Counted from the stretch's first letter, positions 24,871 through 33,446 are shown. The stretch: DNA of 64,000 bases from a virus (IMGVR_UViG_3300032053_000007); one strand, 5' to 3'. Notes: a model not told the origin generated them from the letters alone. Made by a program: numbers and translations.

Positions 24871-25013
24871 ATGCCAAAATCACTATGGCTTATACAGGAT
24901 TAACGTGTGACGGATGCGGAAGAAAACAGATTGTGGTAGTTCTTAAAGGAAGAAAGTGGCTTTGTTATGACTGTATGCACAAAATGGACGTGGAGAAAGT
25001 AACCTTTACTTGA
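24867..25013 (+). CDS. zinc-ribbon VxFT-tail mini-protein (48 aa)
   Basis: CDGCG..CYDC; ends EKVTFT; TGA opens cassette 25011. Confidence 0.55.
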   Translation: MNAKITMAYTGLTCDGCGRKQIVVVLKGRKWLCYDCMHKMDVEKVTFT

Positions 25014-25043
25014 GCATGGTTCTTCTACCACAACCTTTATATA
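25011..25043 (+). promoter_or_regulatory. GAGCATGG-box/TATA promoter cassette
   Basis: offset 24; downstream only a 31-aa ORF (25071..25166) or noncoding RNA. Confidence 0.55.
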
Positions 25044-25369
25044 GTAGTTTGCACATACTACTTCTCAGCTATGGGTGATAGCATGGAAAACTACACCACA
25101 ACGAATCGTCTGAATGCTAGAATAGGACTTGAAACAACGATTACTGTTTCCATTATATATATTTAATGAATTGGTATATAGAATTAAAATGCGTGTAGAA
25201 AGAAACACGTACTTCTAGCCTAATCGTGCCCGTCCCGTTCAAGTGGACGAAGCGAAACCCCCTAACGGCTGTTCCGTTTTGGATGTTTCATTTTCAATTT
25301 TTCTACGTTAGTTTTTTTTCGAATGCTCAAAATTTTGCGCGAGCGCGACTCACCCGATTTTTCGAATTT

Positions 25370-25385
25370 TTAATCAGTTGATTAA
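25370..25385. promoter_or_regulatory. TTAATCA-NN-TGATTAA palindrome
   Basis: ttaatcagttgattaa. Confidence 0.55.
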
Positions 25386-25420
25386 TTATCCTATATTGTC
25401 CATGCAATATACGACCACGG

Positions 25421-25436
25421 TTAATCACCTGATTAA
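25421..25436. promoter_or_regulatory. TTAATCA-NN-TGATTAA palindrome
   Basis: ttaatcacctgattaa. Confidence 0.55.
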
Positions 25437-25439
25437 AAT

Positions 25440-25762
25440 TCTAAAATATAATTTTAATATTTTTTATATCTATGTCCTTTTGTCAAACGGGGCATTCTTA
25501 TGGCTTCTCTGGGCAATCGGATAGTTATTTTAATCCATAAAATCCTAAATAATTATATTTTCTTTTCGAAAATTGTTCGAATAGTCTATGGTAAAAGTAT
25601 GGACTTTTTGATGTTTCGAACTAACTCCGAAATCTATCAAGGATTATATTTAGGATTTATGGAATAGTTTATAACCTATGGGAAAAGACCATGAAAAATT
25701 ATATAACAGTCCCATTAAATCTTAAATTTAATTCATATACTTTTTCGAACTAACTTCGAAAC
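25440..25762. other. AT-rich noncoding block with inverted and direct repeats (origin-like)
   Basis: IR arms 25534-25558 / 25643-25663; tttcgaactaacYYcgaaa at 25614 and 25743. Confidence 0.35.
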
Positions 25763-25795
25763 TGAGCATGGCAATTCTTAGGGAAAGTTTATAAG
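25763..25795 (+). promoter_or_regulatory. GAGCATGG-box/TATA promoter cassette
   Basis: tGAGCATGGcaaTTCT..TTTATAAG; offset 24. Confidence 0.65.
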
Positions 25796-25827
25796 GGACA
25801 TTGCTATCTTAGTGTGTAGTGATTGAA

Positions 25828-26235
25828 ATGAACGACAAGAAATCAACTCAAGTCGTAGTAAAAACCTATGGAACTTCGTGGATAACTTCGCTGATTATCG
25901 CACTCATAGTCGGTGCTGTCGGCTTTCTAATTACGTCAAGCATACAAGGATTCATAGTCGGCTTCGTTATGGTTTTCCTGACTGAACTCATAATGCTGGC
26001 TTCGCTTATTCCCTACGTTGGCATATATCTCTATTGGGTCTGGGCGATACAACTAAATCAATTACTGATTAGTCTGGGAAACTTTACAACTGCACAAACA
26101 GCAACCTTCACAAACTTGCTAATCTATGCCCCATTGATTTACTGCCTGATTATCGGAATAATTCTTTTTGCCGTTTCAACACTCGTAGTCACGGTGTTCA
26201 TAGGAGCTTTGATAGGAGCATTGCTATCTCGATGA
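25828..26235 (+). CDS. polytopic membrane protein
   Basis: ATG after SD GTGATTGAA; about 4 TM helices. Confidence 0.6.
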   Translation: MNDKKSTQVVVKTYGTSWITSLIIALIVGAVGFLITSSIQGFIVGFVMVFLTELIMLASLIPYVGIYLYWVWAIQLNQLLISLGNFTTAQTATFTNLLIYAPLIYCLIIGIILFAVSTLVVTVFIGALIGALLSR

Positions 26236-26429
26236 ACACGATAAAAACCAAAAAACTTCACCTTTTTTTAGAAGGAAAGAAAATAAAACAAACGTCCGAA
26301 GAAAAAGAATGGGAAGCACATGAAGCTGGATTTTCAGAGGGTTATGACGCTGGCGCGGACGATTTTGAAGAGGTTGCAAGACGTAAAGCAAAACTTAGAG
26401 CAAAAGGAATCCCCGTGATGCACGATTAA
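26232..26429 (+). CDS. hypothetical acidic small protein
   Basis: track ORF; ATGA overlap. Confidence 0.5.
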   Translation: MNTIKTKKLHLFLEGKKIKQTSEEKEWEAHEAGFSEGYDAGADDFEEVARRKAKLRAKGIPVMHD

Positions 26430-26430
26430 T

Positions 26431-26463
26431 CGAGCATGGACGTTCTAACGCAAAGTTTATAAG
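26431..26463 (+). promoter_or_regulatory. GAGCATGG-box/TATA promoter cassette
   Basis: cGAGCATGGacgTTCT..TTTATAAG; offset 24. Confidence 0.65.
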
Positions 26464-26498
26464 TCACATTGAGATAGTATAGAAGTAAAGTGATTGAA

Positions 26499-26657
26499 AT
26501 GGTTGACAGAGATACGAAAAAGATAGATACCAAGTCCGAGAAGATTTGGATAACACAAATTCAACAAAGACATGGCTACGATACGTTAGTCACGATGCTT
26601 GTTCCAAACCCGAATTTGGGTGGAAAAAAGAACAAACGAAAACGTAGAGAAGATTAG
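26499..26657 (+). CDS. hypothetical small protein (52 aa), basic C-terminus
   Basis: ATG after SD GTGATTGAA. Confidence 0.45.
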   Translation: MVDRDTKKIDTKSEKIWITQIQQRHGYDTLVTMLVPNPNLGGKKNKRKRRED

Positions 26658-26658
26658 A

Positions 26659-26928
26659 ATGCAAGTAGAAAAACACGACAAATGGAATGCAAAAATAGGT
26701 TTCATAGTTCCAGAAGAGAAGCAACGGGGAGCAGAGTATCATTATACTGCTTATGCAGAAGGGAAAACTCCTAAAGAGTTGCGAAAAGCGATACGCGAGA
26801 AGATAAAATATCTTGAAAACAACGGAAGAGTAGTGAAAACGATTGAATTAGTTCACGATGTTAGTTTGGCTCTTATTTTTTCAAAAGAAGAATATCTAAG
26901 CGGAAAGGCAAAGGGGAAAAGAGAATGA
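26659..26928 (+). CDS. hypothetical protein
   Basis: track ORF 26599.. trimmed to ATG 26659. Confidence 0.5.
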   Translation: MQVEKHDKWNAKIGFIVPEEKQRGAEYHYTAYAEGKTPKELRKAIREKIKYLENNGRVVKTIELVHDVSLALIFSKEEYLSGKAKGKRE

Positions 26929-27242
26929 TAGACCCCTCAATGCTTTTCAACATTTCTAACATTCTCTTTCTGCTTGGCACATCTGCGCTGATTAGGGCAG
27001 TATTGAAGAACCGAAACATCTTGAAAGGCTACGATTGGCTAGGGGCATTGCTAACTTTGTCGGCGATGGCTTGCGTTCAGGGAGCGTATATTGTCTTTAT
27101 CGGACAGGGTTTGGGAAATTATTGGGTTTCATTTTTCTTCGCTCTTCCAACAGTTGCATATTGGGTTCTAGTCACAGTTTACTCGGTAAAGAACAAAATA
27201 CAAAAAGGCAAAATCGAAATCAAAGAAATAGAGGACGATTGA
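26925..27242 (+). CDS. small 3-TM membrane protein
   Basis: three hydrophobic helices; ATGA overlap. Confidence 0.55.
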   Translation: MIDPSMLFNISNILFLLGTSALIRAVLKNRNILKGYDWLGALLTLSAMACVQGAYIVFIGQGLGNYWVSFFFALPTVAYWVLVTVYSVKNKIQKGKIEIKEIEDD

Positions 27243-27243
27243 A

Positions 27244-27477
27244 ATGTTCGGATGGGGAAAGAAAGATAAATGCGATAGTTGTCCAACAGCGAAAATTTTA
27301 GAGGACGCAATGAGATTAGAGAGCGAAACGATTCGTACTTACCGCGACAGAATGGAAACACTTACGAATTATCTTCACCATTTCGAATTACGATACTTAG
27401 ACTTGAAAGAGGAAAACGAAGGTTTAAGAAAAGAGTTAAAGAAGTTGACGGGAAAAGAAAAGGTTCAATTCACTTGA
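27244..27477 (+). CDS. coiled-coil VxFT-tail protein
   Basis: heptad-like LKEENEGLRKELKKL; ends EKVQFT. Confidence 0.6.
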   Translation: MFGWGKKDKCDSCPTAKILEDAMRLESETIRTYRDRMETLTNYLHHFELRYLDLKEENEGLRKELKKLTGKEKVQFT

Positions 27478-27487
27478 GTTGATTGAA

Positions 27488-27679
27488 ATGTCCGAAATAA
27501 AATTCGTAGGTACTTTCCATTTAGGCGAAAGATTCTACGCGATGCTTTCTAATCTAGCTTTCTATTTCCAGATAGGCATAGTTCCAAACCCAAAGATAGA
27601 ACATTTTATCTATTTGCAGATAGACTTTGAGGACAAGAAGATTCATTGGAGATTCTTTAAATTCACTAATTTAAGGTGA
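27488..27679 (+). CDS. hypothetical protein
   Basis: ATG after GTTGATTGAA. Confidence 0.5.
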   Translation: MSEIKFVGTFHLGERFYAMLSNLAFYFQIGIVPNPKIEHFIYLQIDFEDKKIHWRFFKFTNLR

Positions 27680-27684
27680 TTGAA

Positions 27685-27894
27685 ATGTCTGAAAAACAAA
27701 AAGCACAAGCACAGGGAATACTAGACGCGCTGAAAGAATTAGGTTACTTGTCGATTGAATATGATTGTGGACATAGAGTAACCGTTTCTATAAGTGCTGG
27801 CGATGCACAGCGTTCAAGACCGAAAGCAACTGCGCTGGCTGTTGTAAAACTTCGAGAAATTATCCTTCAAGCGATAGTAAAGACAGAGGAATAA
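27685..27894 (+). CDS. hypothetical protein
   Basis: ATG after GGTGATTGAA. Confidence 0.5.
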   Translation: MSEKQKAQAQGILDALKELGYLSIEYDCGHRVTVSISAGDAQRSRPKATALAVVKLREIILQAIVKTEE

Positions 27895-27896
27895 AA

Positions 27897-28841
27897 ATGA
27901 GCGAAGAACAAAGTAAAAAAGAACTAGAGGAAAGAGCTAAATCTGTAATGGAGAGAATGGAAGAGATAATCGCTAAGGCTCAGAATGATGGAACGCTAGA
28001 GAGTTTTAACAAACCAATTCAACTTACTAAAGACTTTCTGACCACTAGACCGAACGATGCAAAGATAAAGACACAAATAGCATTATTCAAAAGCAGAACC
28101 TTCCTAGACAATTTCTTCTTAGACAAAGACGATAAACCTATGGGGGGCATTCCGAAAGTTGCACAGATAGGTGTGGTCGGAAACCCAGATGTCGGCAAGT
28201 CTTTAATCGCTCAGGAAGTTGCGCTCAGATTAGCTAGTGACGGAAACAAAGTTATTTTCACAACTAGCGAAGATATTTTCCAAGCTGACAACGACAGATT
28301 TGATTTGCAGAGTCGAATGAAACAGATGGCAACTTTTCTGGGACTGAGTTGGGAAAACATAAAGCAGAATCTTTTTGTGCTGGACGTTATTGCACACGGC
28401 GAACTTAGAGAATGGAATACACTTGTTTCAACTTATCGCGTACTCGTAGAACAGGAAAAGGCTGAGTTTCTAATTGTCGATTCGTTAACTCTCCTAGATG
28501 ATTATCGTGCTGGACTGAAATTCCACTTAGGCGAATTTGTCCGCTATAATCAGAAGAAAGGCGTGACAGGAATCTTTATCTCACAGAAAGCAAATGAGGA
28601 ATCAGTTGACCAACACGGACTTGCAGGGGGCATTGCATTAAGCCATTTGCTAGACGTGGAGTTTGAAATCAACTTTAAGAAACTCTCAAGTTGGGACGCT
28701 CAAATGAAAATCGACACCGAAGCAAAACAAGGCGAACTTCTACACTTCATACGGGTTCTCAAGTGTCGGCTAGGCAAGGCTGATATGCGATACCACAAAC
28801 TCCAAATAAGTAAAGATGGGATACTTCAATTAATCAAGTGA
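27897..28841 (+). CDS. KaiC/RadA-like RecA-superfamily ATPase
   Basis: Walker A GNPDVGKS, Walker B FLIVDSLT. Confidence 0.7.
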   Translation: MSEEQSKKELEERAKSVMERMEEIIAKAQNDGTLESFNKPIQLTKDFLTTRPNDAKIKTQIALFKSRTFLDNFFLDKDDKPMGGIPKVAQIGVVGNPDVGKSLIAQEVALRLASDGNKVIFTTSEDIFQADNDRFDLQSRMKQMATFLGLSWENIKQNLFVLDVIAHGELREWNTLVSTYRVLVEQEKAEFLIVDSLTLLDDYRAGLKFHLGEFVRYNQKKGVTGIFISQKANEESVDQHGLAGGIALSHLLDVEFEINFKKLSSWDAQMKIDTEAKQGELLHFIRVLKCRLGKADMRYHKLQISKDGILQLIK

Positions 28842-28846
28842 TTAAT

Positions 28847-28963
28847 ATGTTGACCGAACTTCAATTCTACGGCTTGATGGCTCTCTACTTTCTCGGTGTG
28901 GTTATATTCGCTCACTTGAAGTATGAGAAGCACAAACCCCCAGAACCGTTCAAACGTGATTGA
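28847..28963 (+). CDS. small TM protein (38 aa)
   Basis: hydrophobic core; TGA opens cassette 28961. Confidence 0.45.
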   Translation: MLTELQFYGLMALYFLGVVIFAHLKYEKHKPPEPFKRD

Positions 28964-28993
28964 GTATGGTCTTTCTAGGGAAACCTTTATTAG
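28961..28993 (+). promoter_or_regulatory. GAGCATGG-box/TATA promoter cassette
   Basis: tGAGTATGGtctTTCT..TTTATTAG; offset 24. Confidence 0.6.
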
Positions 28994-29028
28994 TTACGCT
29001 GTTATAACATAAGTATAAAGTGGTTGAA

Positions 29029-29136
29029 ATGACAAAGAAGATATTGGGCTACACAACTCAATTCGGAAAAGTTTGCGAAATCGTTGAGAAGGATAAAGAA
29101 ATAGTTGTCGAAGAAACAAACATAGATAGTGACTGA
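29029..29136 (+). CDS. hypothetical mini-protein (35 aa)
   Basis: ATG after GTGGTTGAA. Confidence 0.4.
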   Translation: MTKKILGYTTQFGKVCEIVEKDKEIVVEETNIDSD

Positions 29137-29138
29137 AG

Positions 29139-29408
29139 ATGGAAACAAGAAAACGAAAACTCGAAAGCGAATTGACGAAGATTGCAGAGATGGAAAAAGA
29201 ATCAAAACAACTCAGAACTTTTGAATCTTTTACAGACAAAGAAAAGATAGAATATTTCCGTAAAGTTTACGCATTCGCCAAAAAAATCATGGACGAAAAA
29301 CTCGGCGAAGATTGGTGTGAAGATAACGATAATGACCACTATGCTTTCGAGTTAGTTATGGAAATCTTCGGCAAAGACATTTGGAAACTCTACAATGGAA
29401 GCGATTAA
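29139..29408 (+). CDS. hypothetical protein
   Basis: track ORF. Confidence 0.55.
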   Translation: METRKRKLESELTKIAEMEKESKQLRTFESFTDKEKIEYFRKVYAFAKKIMDEKLGEDWCEDNDNDHYAFELVMEIFGKDIWKLYNGSD

Positions 29409-29409
29409 A

Positions 29410-29586
29410 ATGAAGTGTCCTAATTGCGGAAGTTCAAAAATCGCATACGATGTGAATCGTTCAAAGTTATCGAAGAAAGCAAAGGCAGAAGCGTACAGGC
29501 ATATTGAGGGAATAGTAAAGTCAGAGGGTCGGACAGATTTTCACGCAACATGTAAAAAGTGTGGCTATAAAGGAGAAATAAGATAA
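29410..29586 (+). CDS. zinc-ribbon protein
   Basis: CPNCGS..CKKCGY; alternative start 29395. Confidence 0.55.
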   Translation: MKCPNCGSSKIAYDVNRSKLSKKAKAEAYRHIEGIVKSEGRTDFHATCKKCGYKGEIR

Positions 29587-29843
29587 TGGCACACGTTAGA
29601 CTTAGAAATCGGGAAACTCCAAAGAGTGAAATAGAATGTCAAATAGGGGAAACGGTTAACCCAAAAAAGGTTTGTCCGAAATGTGCTTATGCAACGGGAT
29701 GCTCTGATTATGAGAATTATCTAAGCGAAAGGCATAGACGACATCAGGTATTAACAAAAATCAAACTAGAATTACAATATCGGTATTGGCAACTTAGAGT
29801 TTGGCTTGACAACTACAAACTGAGGTATTGGAACTATGAATAG
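29586..29843 (+). CDS. hypothetical protein
   Basis: track ORF; CPKC. Confidence 0.5.
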   Translation: MAHVRLRNRETPKSEIECQIGETVNPKKVCPKCAYATGCSDYENYLSERHRRHQVLTKIKLELQYRYWQLRVWLDNYKLRYWNYE

Positions 29844-30057
29844 CGGTTGTAACTGTCACGAGTGCAACGGTTGTCGTGAAGTTCCCCGTAAAATGCTCAA
29901 AGAAAGACTGAAAATAATTCGAACACAAGATAAACGAATCGAAAGGGATTTAGAAAAAATGATTGCTCAAGAAACCATTCGAATACTGATAATGAATATA
30001 GGTGAACTAATAGAATATTCAGACCTATACCTAGAAAGCAAAGGTGTTTTCAGATGA
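29836..30057 (+). CDS. hypothetical protein
   Basis: track ORF. Confidence 0.5.
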   Translation: MNSGCNCHECNGCREVPRKMLKERLKIIRTQDKRIERDLEKMIAQETIRILIMNIGELIEYSDLYLESKGVFR

Positions 30058-30317
30058 GCGAATGTCGAGAACATCATTGGGGTTCTAACGGGCGATGCTC
30101 AGTTTGCAGTATGCAAGCTAGATATTACGGTGAAGGTATGGGAAATTTGAGGGCTTGGTCGAAAAGAGAAATTGTTGGCGATAAGGCTCATTATGAAAGT
30201 TGTCTTGAATCTATGAAGTGTCATCCTCACGTTCATTGGTTACACACATCTCACATAATGTTGCCAACTGAGAAATCTCCACTAGCACAACTTTACAATA
30301 TGGAAGGGAACCAATAA
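30054..30317 (+). CDS. hypothetical Cys/His-rich protein
   Basis: track ORF; ATGA overlap. Confidence 0.5.
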   Translation: MSECREHHWGSNGRCSVCSMQARYYGEGMGNLRAWSKREIVGDKAHYESCLESMKCHPHVHWLHTSHIMLPTEKSPLAQLYNMEGNQ

Positions 30318-30469
30318 TGAACAAAATAAATTGGAAGAAAGAAATCCGAGATTGGCGAAATTGGGTGTGGATTGGTATGTCTAGCTTTGGAACTTGGATA
30401 TGGTTTCTTAGTTGGGTTACTTCACCACAGGGACAGCAATTCATTCAACATCTGGGGCGTTTAGCATGA
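30317..30469 (+). CDS. Trp-rich small membrane protein (50 aa)
   Basis: TAATG and ATGA overlaps. Confidence 0.4.
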   Translation: MNKINWKKEIRDWRNWVWIGMSSFGTWIWFLSWVTSPQGQQFIQHLGRLA

Positions 30470-30678
30470 ACGTAAGATGTATGAATAGGGGACAATTACG
30501 AAAACATCTTGCCATTTGGGATTATCTGGGAATATCCGAAGAGGAATTTCGAAAACGTGCGCTATATGGGTCGTGTGTCAAATGCGGTCAAACAGCAAGA
30601 GTACCAGATTCTTGTTTGTGTTTAGCGCACACGAGAGGATACCACAAATGGAGAAACACTAGAGAGCGAAAACTATGA
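30466..30678 (+). CDS. hypothetical protein
   Basis: track ORF 30412.. trimmed to ATG 30466; CVKCG. Confidence 0.5.
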   Translation: MNVRCMNRGQLRKHLAIWDYLGISEEEFRKRALYGSCVKCGQTARVPDSCLCLAHTRGYHKWRNTRERKL

Positions 30679-30839
30679 ATCAAGACGAACGCCGAGCATT
30701 GAAACTTCTTCGTGAACGATGCTTCTTAGTTGACGAAATGGAATTTAGAAAGTGGTGCGATAGCAGAGTAAAAGGCGAACGTGAAGGGCAATTACAAATA
30801 TCAGAACTTTGGTTAGCAAGGAATAGGTTGAATCAATGA
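30675..30839 (+). CDS. hypothetical small protein (54 aa)
   Basis: ATGA overlap at both ends. Confidence 0.45.
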   Translation: MNQDERRALKLLRERCFLVDEMEFRKWCDSRVKGEREGQLQISELWLARNRLNQ

Positions 30840-31060
30840 CTAAAGAAAGACATTGTATTCGATGCGGACGGAGAATCTTTAATCCTTCGGACACTTGTTT
30901 TGAATGCAATAAAGAATGGCAGACGTATATGAAAACTCATCCTTTGAAAACTAACATAGATTATTCCAGAGATAACGTAGAACAAAAACTTAGAGAAATG
31001 AGAGAGGAATCAAACAAACGCTGGAAAGGCTTTATTAGCGAAAAGGTGATGTTCACTTGA
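30836..31060 (+). CDS. ZR-W family zinc-ribbon mini-protein
   Basis: CIRCG..CFECNKEW; ends EKVMFT. Confidence 0.6.
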   Translation: MTKERHCIRCGRRIFNPSDTCFECNKEWQTYMKTHPLKTNIDYSRDNVEQKLREMREESNKRWKGFISEKVMFT

Positions 31061-31197
31061 AGTGGACAGTTGTAACTAGCAAACGTAAATTTGAAGTTAA
31101 GGCTAAAAGAAAAGCAGACGCGGAGCGAGAGGCGTGGAAACTAGCCGAGAAAGGCGAAGAAATTCTTTTTGTCGTTCCTAAATTTCCCTCTGACTAA
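31057..31197 (+). CDS. hypothetical mini-protein (46 aa), paralog of 37318
   Basis: VTSKR..EILF shared with 37318..37482. Confidence 0.45.
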   Translation: MKWTVVTSKRKFEVKAKRKADAEREAWKLAEKGEEILFVVPKFPSD

Positions 31198-31213
31198 TTA
31201 ATCAGGTGTTTAA
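31198..31213. promoter_or_regulatory. degenerate TTAATCA-NN-TGATTAA palindrome
   Basis: ttaatcaggtgtttaa. Confidence 0.4.
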
Positions 31214-31215
31214 CC

Positions 31216-31485
31216 GTGAGTGAAAAAGTAAAACAATATCTGCAATGTGGATGCAAAACAAAATTTATTCTTCTTGCTAGAGAGGAACACGAGAAACTTC
31301 ACAGAGATGCGTTTATACATTCTCTTGCACTATATAATGGTGCGATTGTTCACAACAACGTGGCACTACTTCATAGCGGAGAATCTTATTATCCTTCTAT
31401 TTCACTTAATTTAGGGGTTCGCCGTTTAGCTTGGCAAAGACGAGTTGAAATCTGGAACGAACCCGAACGTGTTCAATTTACTTGA
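31216..31485 (+). CDS. VxFT-tail protein
   Basis: GTG start; ends ERVQFT; TGA opens cassette 31483. Confidence 0.55.
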   Translation: MSEKVKQYLQCGCKTKFILLAREEHEKLHRDAFIHSLALYNGAIVHNNVALLHSGESYYPSISLNLGVRRLAWQRRVEIWNEPERVQFT

Positions 31486-31515
31486 ACATGGACTTTCTTA
31501 GCGAAGGTTTATAAG
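31483..31515 (+). promoter_or_regulatory. GAGCATGG-box/TATA promoter cassette
   Basis: tGAACATGGactTTCT..TTTATAAG; offset 24. Confidence 0.6.
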
Positions 31516-31553
31516 TGACGCTGATAACTTACTTTCAGTAAGGTCGAGAATAA

Positions 31554-32450
31554 ATGAGAAATATACTAAAGAATAAAAACGGCGAATGGAGCATTATTCG
31601 AATTGCTATTGTTGTCATCATTTCCGCATTTCTAGTGTTGACAGGCGTTCTAGGAATCAGGACTGTTCCAAGCGGTTACATAGGCGTTTCTACTCAATTC
31701 GGGCAAATTACAGGCACAACGGGTGAAGGCATTCATTGGGTCAACATTTGGTTTGGACAAGACATAGTGAACATTGACTTGCAGATTCATAAAGCAGAAC
31801 TAGCAAACATGTCTTGTGGAACTAACGACATGCAAGAAGTCACAACCACAGTTGCAATAAACTATCGAATTGAGTCTGGATTTGCAGAGGATATTTACAG
31901 AACACTCCGCACAGATTGGGAATCACGGGTTATAATCAACAACATGCAAGAAAGTCTAAAAGGTTCAATCTCTACTTTCAAAGCAGAAGAACTTCTCCAA
32001 AAACGAGATGCAGTAAAAGTTCTCTTTTTAGACACACTTCGCTCACGAATAAAGGATTATCACATAACAGTCGTTGACGTTCAGCTAGAGAACTTCGCAT
32101 TCTCAACAAAGTTCAACGAAGCCATTGAGAACAAAGTAACAGCCGAACAGCAAGCAATCACAGAAAAGAACAACTTAGAAATAGTTCGCTATCAACAGGA
32201 ACAGGAAATTCTCAAGCAACAAGCACAAGCAAACATGACAAGAATTGAAGCAGACGCATACGCATACGCAACTTTGGCAAAAGCCAATGCAGACGCGGAA
32301 GCATTGCAATTAATCGCACAGAAACTAAATGTTAGCCCAGAATATCTTCAATATCTCTATCTGCAACAATGGGACGGCAAACTGCCGACCTATTACGGAA
32401 GCGGTATAATTCCGTTCTTCCAACTGCCAACCAATTCGACAACTCCATAA
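31554..32450 (+). CDS. SPFH/band-7 (prohibitin-like) membrane protein
   Basis: N-terminal TM, RTVPSGYIGVSTQFGQ SPFH core, A/Q/E-rich coiled C-terminus. Confidence 0.75.
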   Translation: MRNILKNKNGEWSIIRIAIVVIISAFLVLTGVLGIRTVPSGYIGVSTQFGQITGTTGEGIHWVNIWFGQDIVNIDLQIHKAELANMSCGTNDMQEVTTTVAINYRIESGFAEDIYRTLRTDWESRVIINNMQESLKGSISTFKAEELLQKRDAVKVLFLDTLRSRIKDYHITVVDVQLENFAFSTKFNEAIENKVTAEQQAITEKNNLEIVRYQQEQEILKQQAQANMTRIEADAYAYATLAKANADAEALQLIAQKLNVSPEYLQYLYLQQWDGKLPTYYGSGIIPFFQLPTNSTTP

Positions 32451-32451
32451 A

Positions 32452-32470
32452 ATCTTCCTTTCTTTTTTTG
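32452..32470 (+). terminator. oligo-T terminator
   Basis: cttcctttctttttttg directly after stop. Confidence 0.5.
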
Positions 32471-32501
32471 TATATGGGTTTTCTTAGTAAACATTTATAT
32501 A
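32470..32501 (+). promoter_or_regulatory. degenerate box/TATA promoter cassette
   Basis: gtatATGGgttTTCT..TTTATATA; offset 24. Confidence 0.5.
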
Positions 32502-32537
32502 GAGGATTGTTATAGTATTCTAGTAAGGTCGAGAAAA

Positions 32538-33218
32538 ATGAAAAAAAGAAATTTGATAATAATCGCGCTTTTGATTGCGTTAGTGATACCAATAGTGATA
32601 GTTCCAGCATTTGCTTCTGACGACAATGATAAGCCAAATTGCAATGACGGTGACGATGGCAACTCTTGTAACAACAAGACCAAAATAATCTACGTGGACA
32701 GAATTGTTTACGTCAACCAAACGGTTGAAGTTCCTGTTTACGTGGACAGAATAGTGTACGTTGACAGAGTTGTTGAGAAAATCGTTTACAAAGACAGAAT
32801 AGTGGAAAAGACTGTTTACATTGACAGAATAGTTGAAAAGATTGTCTATGTTGACAAAGTTGTTGAAACAGTCGTTTACGTTGAAGTGCCAATAGAGGTC
32901 ATCAAAGAAGTCATTAAGGAAGTGCCTGTCGAAGTCATCAAGGAAGTCGAAATAATCAAATACTGCAACAACACGGTCTATATCGAAGTGCCAAAAGAAG
33001 TCATCAAGTACATCGAGAAAGTCCTTTACGTGAACAGAGTTGTTTACGTTGACAAGCCATTCTACGTCTATATCACCGACAACAAGAAAGACTGTAACCC
33101 ATGTTGGCTCTTGATAATCATACTGACTTTCATACTAGGACTGATAATTGGGGCATTGCTCAACAATCGAAAGTGTGTTTGCGTCAAAGAAACCAAAAAC
33201 AAAAATACCAAACAATAG
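32538..33218 (+). CDS. secreted/anchored repeat protein (x-V-Y-x-D-R-I-V-E-K decapeptide repeats)
   Basis: N-terminal signal/TM, Cys/Asp/Asn-rich stretch, about 10 repeats, then (E)VIKEV repeats, C-terminal TM. Confidence 0.65.
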   Translation: MKKRNLIIIALLIALVIPIVIVPAFASDDNDKPNCNDGDDGNSCNNKTKIIYVDRIVYVNQTVEVPVYVDRIVYVDRVVEKIVYKDRIVEKTVYIDRIVEKIVYVDKVVETVVYVEVPIEVIKEVIKEVPVEVIKEVEIIKYCNNTVYIEVPKEVIKYIEKVLYVNRVVYVDKPFYVYITDNKKDCNPCWLLIIILTFILGLIIGALLNNRKCVCVKETKNKNTKQ

Positions 33219-33256
33219 AGCATTTTTTTAATTGCTCTCTATATTTCTCTTTTTTA
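33217..33256 (+). terminator. hairpin plus T-run terminator
   Basis: agagca-tttttttaat-tgctct then tttctctttttt. Confidence 0.55.
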
Positions 33257-33388
33257 ATCTAGTTATCCATTTTAGGGCATACTGCTTTAATTTTCTGTAA
33301 CTTTAAAACATAACAAACTCTTCTGGTTTTATATATGAACCCTTCTTAAACACTACTACTGTGGGCGGAACGGCAAATTTGAGAAATT

Positions 33389-33404
33389 TTAATCAGTTGA
33401 TTAA
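33389..33404. promoter_or_regulatory. TTAATCA-NN-TGATTAA palindrome
   Basis: ttaatcagttgattaa. Confidence 0.55.
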
Positions 33405-33446
33405 TTAATTTATTGGAAAGACCGTGGAATTTTTTCCAAAGTCGAG

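Noticed and set aside
15911-25013. An integron-like gene-cassette array with attC sites.
   Set aside because: There is no integrase or attI. The junction has no attC-type imperfect palindrome. Cassettes are translationally fused by 4-nt overlaps rather than separated by recombination sites. Recombination at junctions remains possible but would be homologous.
26925-27242. A SemiSWEET/PQ-loop transporter or holin call for the 3-TM protein.
   Set aside because: Only the topology and a vague LIRAVLKNRN segment resemble PQ-loop proteins, and no PQ dipeptide is present. That is insufficient for a functional call.
27035-27482. Alternative-frame ORFs 27035..27301 and 27279..27482.
   Set aside because: They overlap the better-supported 3-TM protein (26925..27242) and the coiled-coil tail protein (27244..27477). 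They have no start context, and their Arg/Gly-rich translations are typical of off-frame reading.
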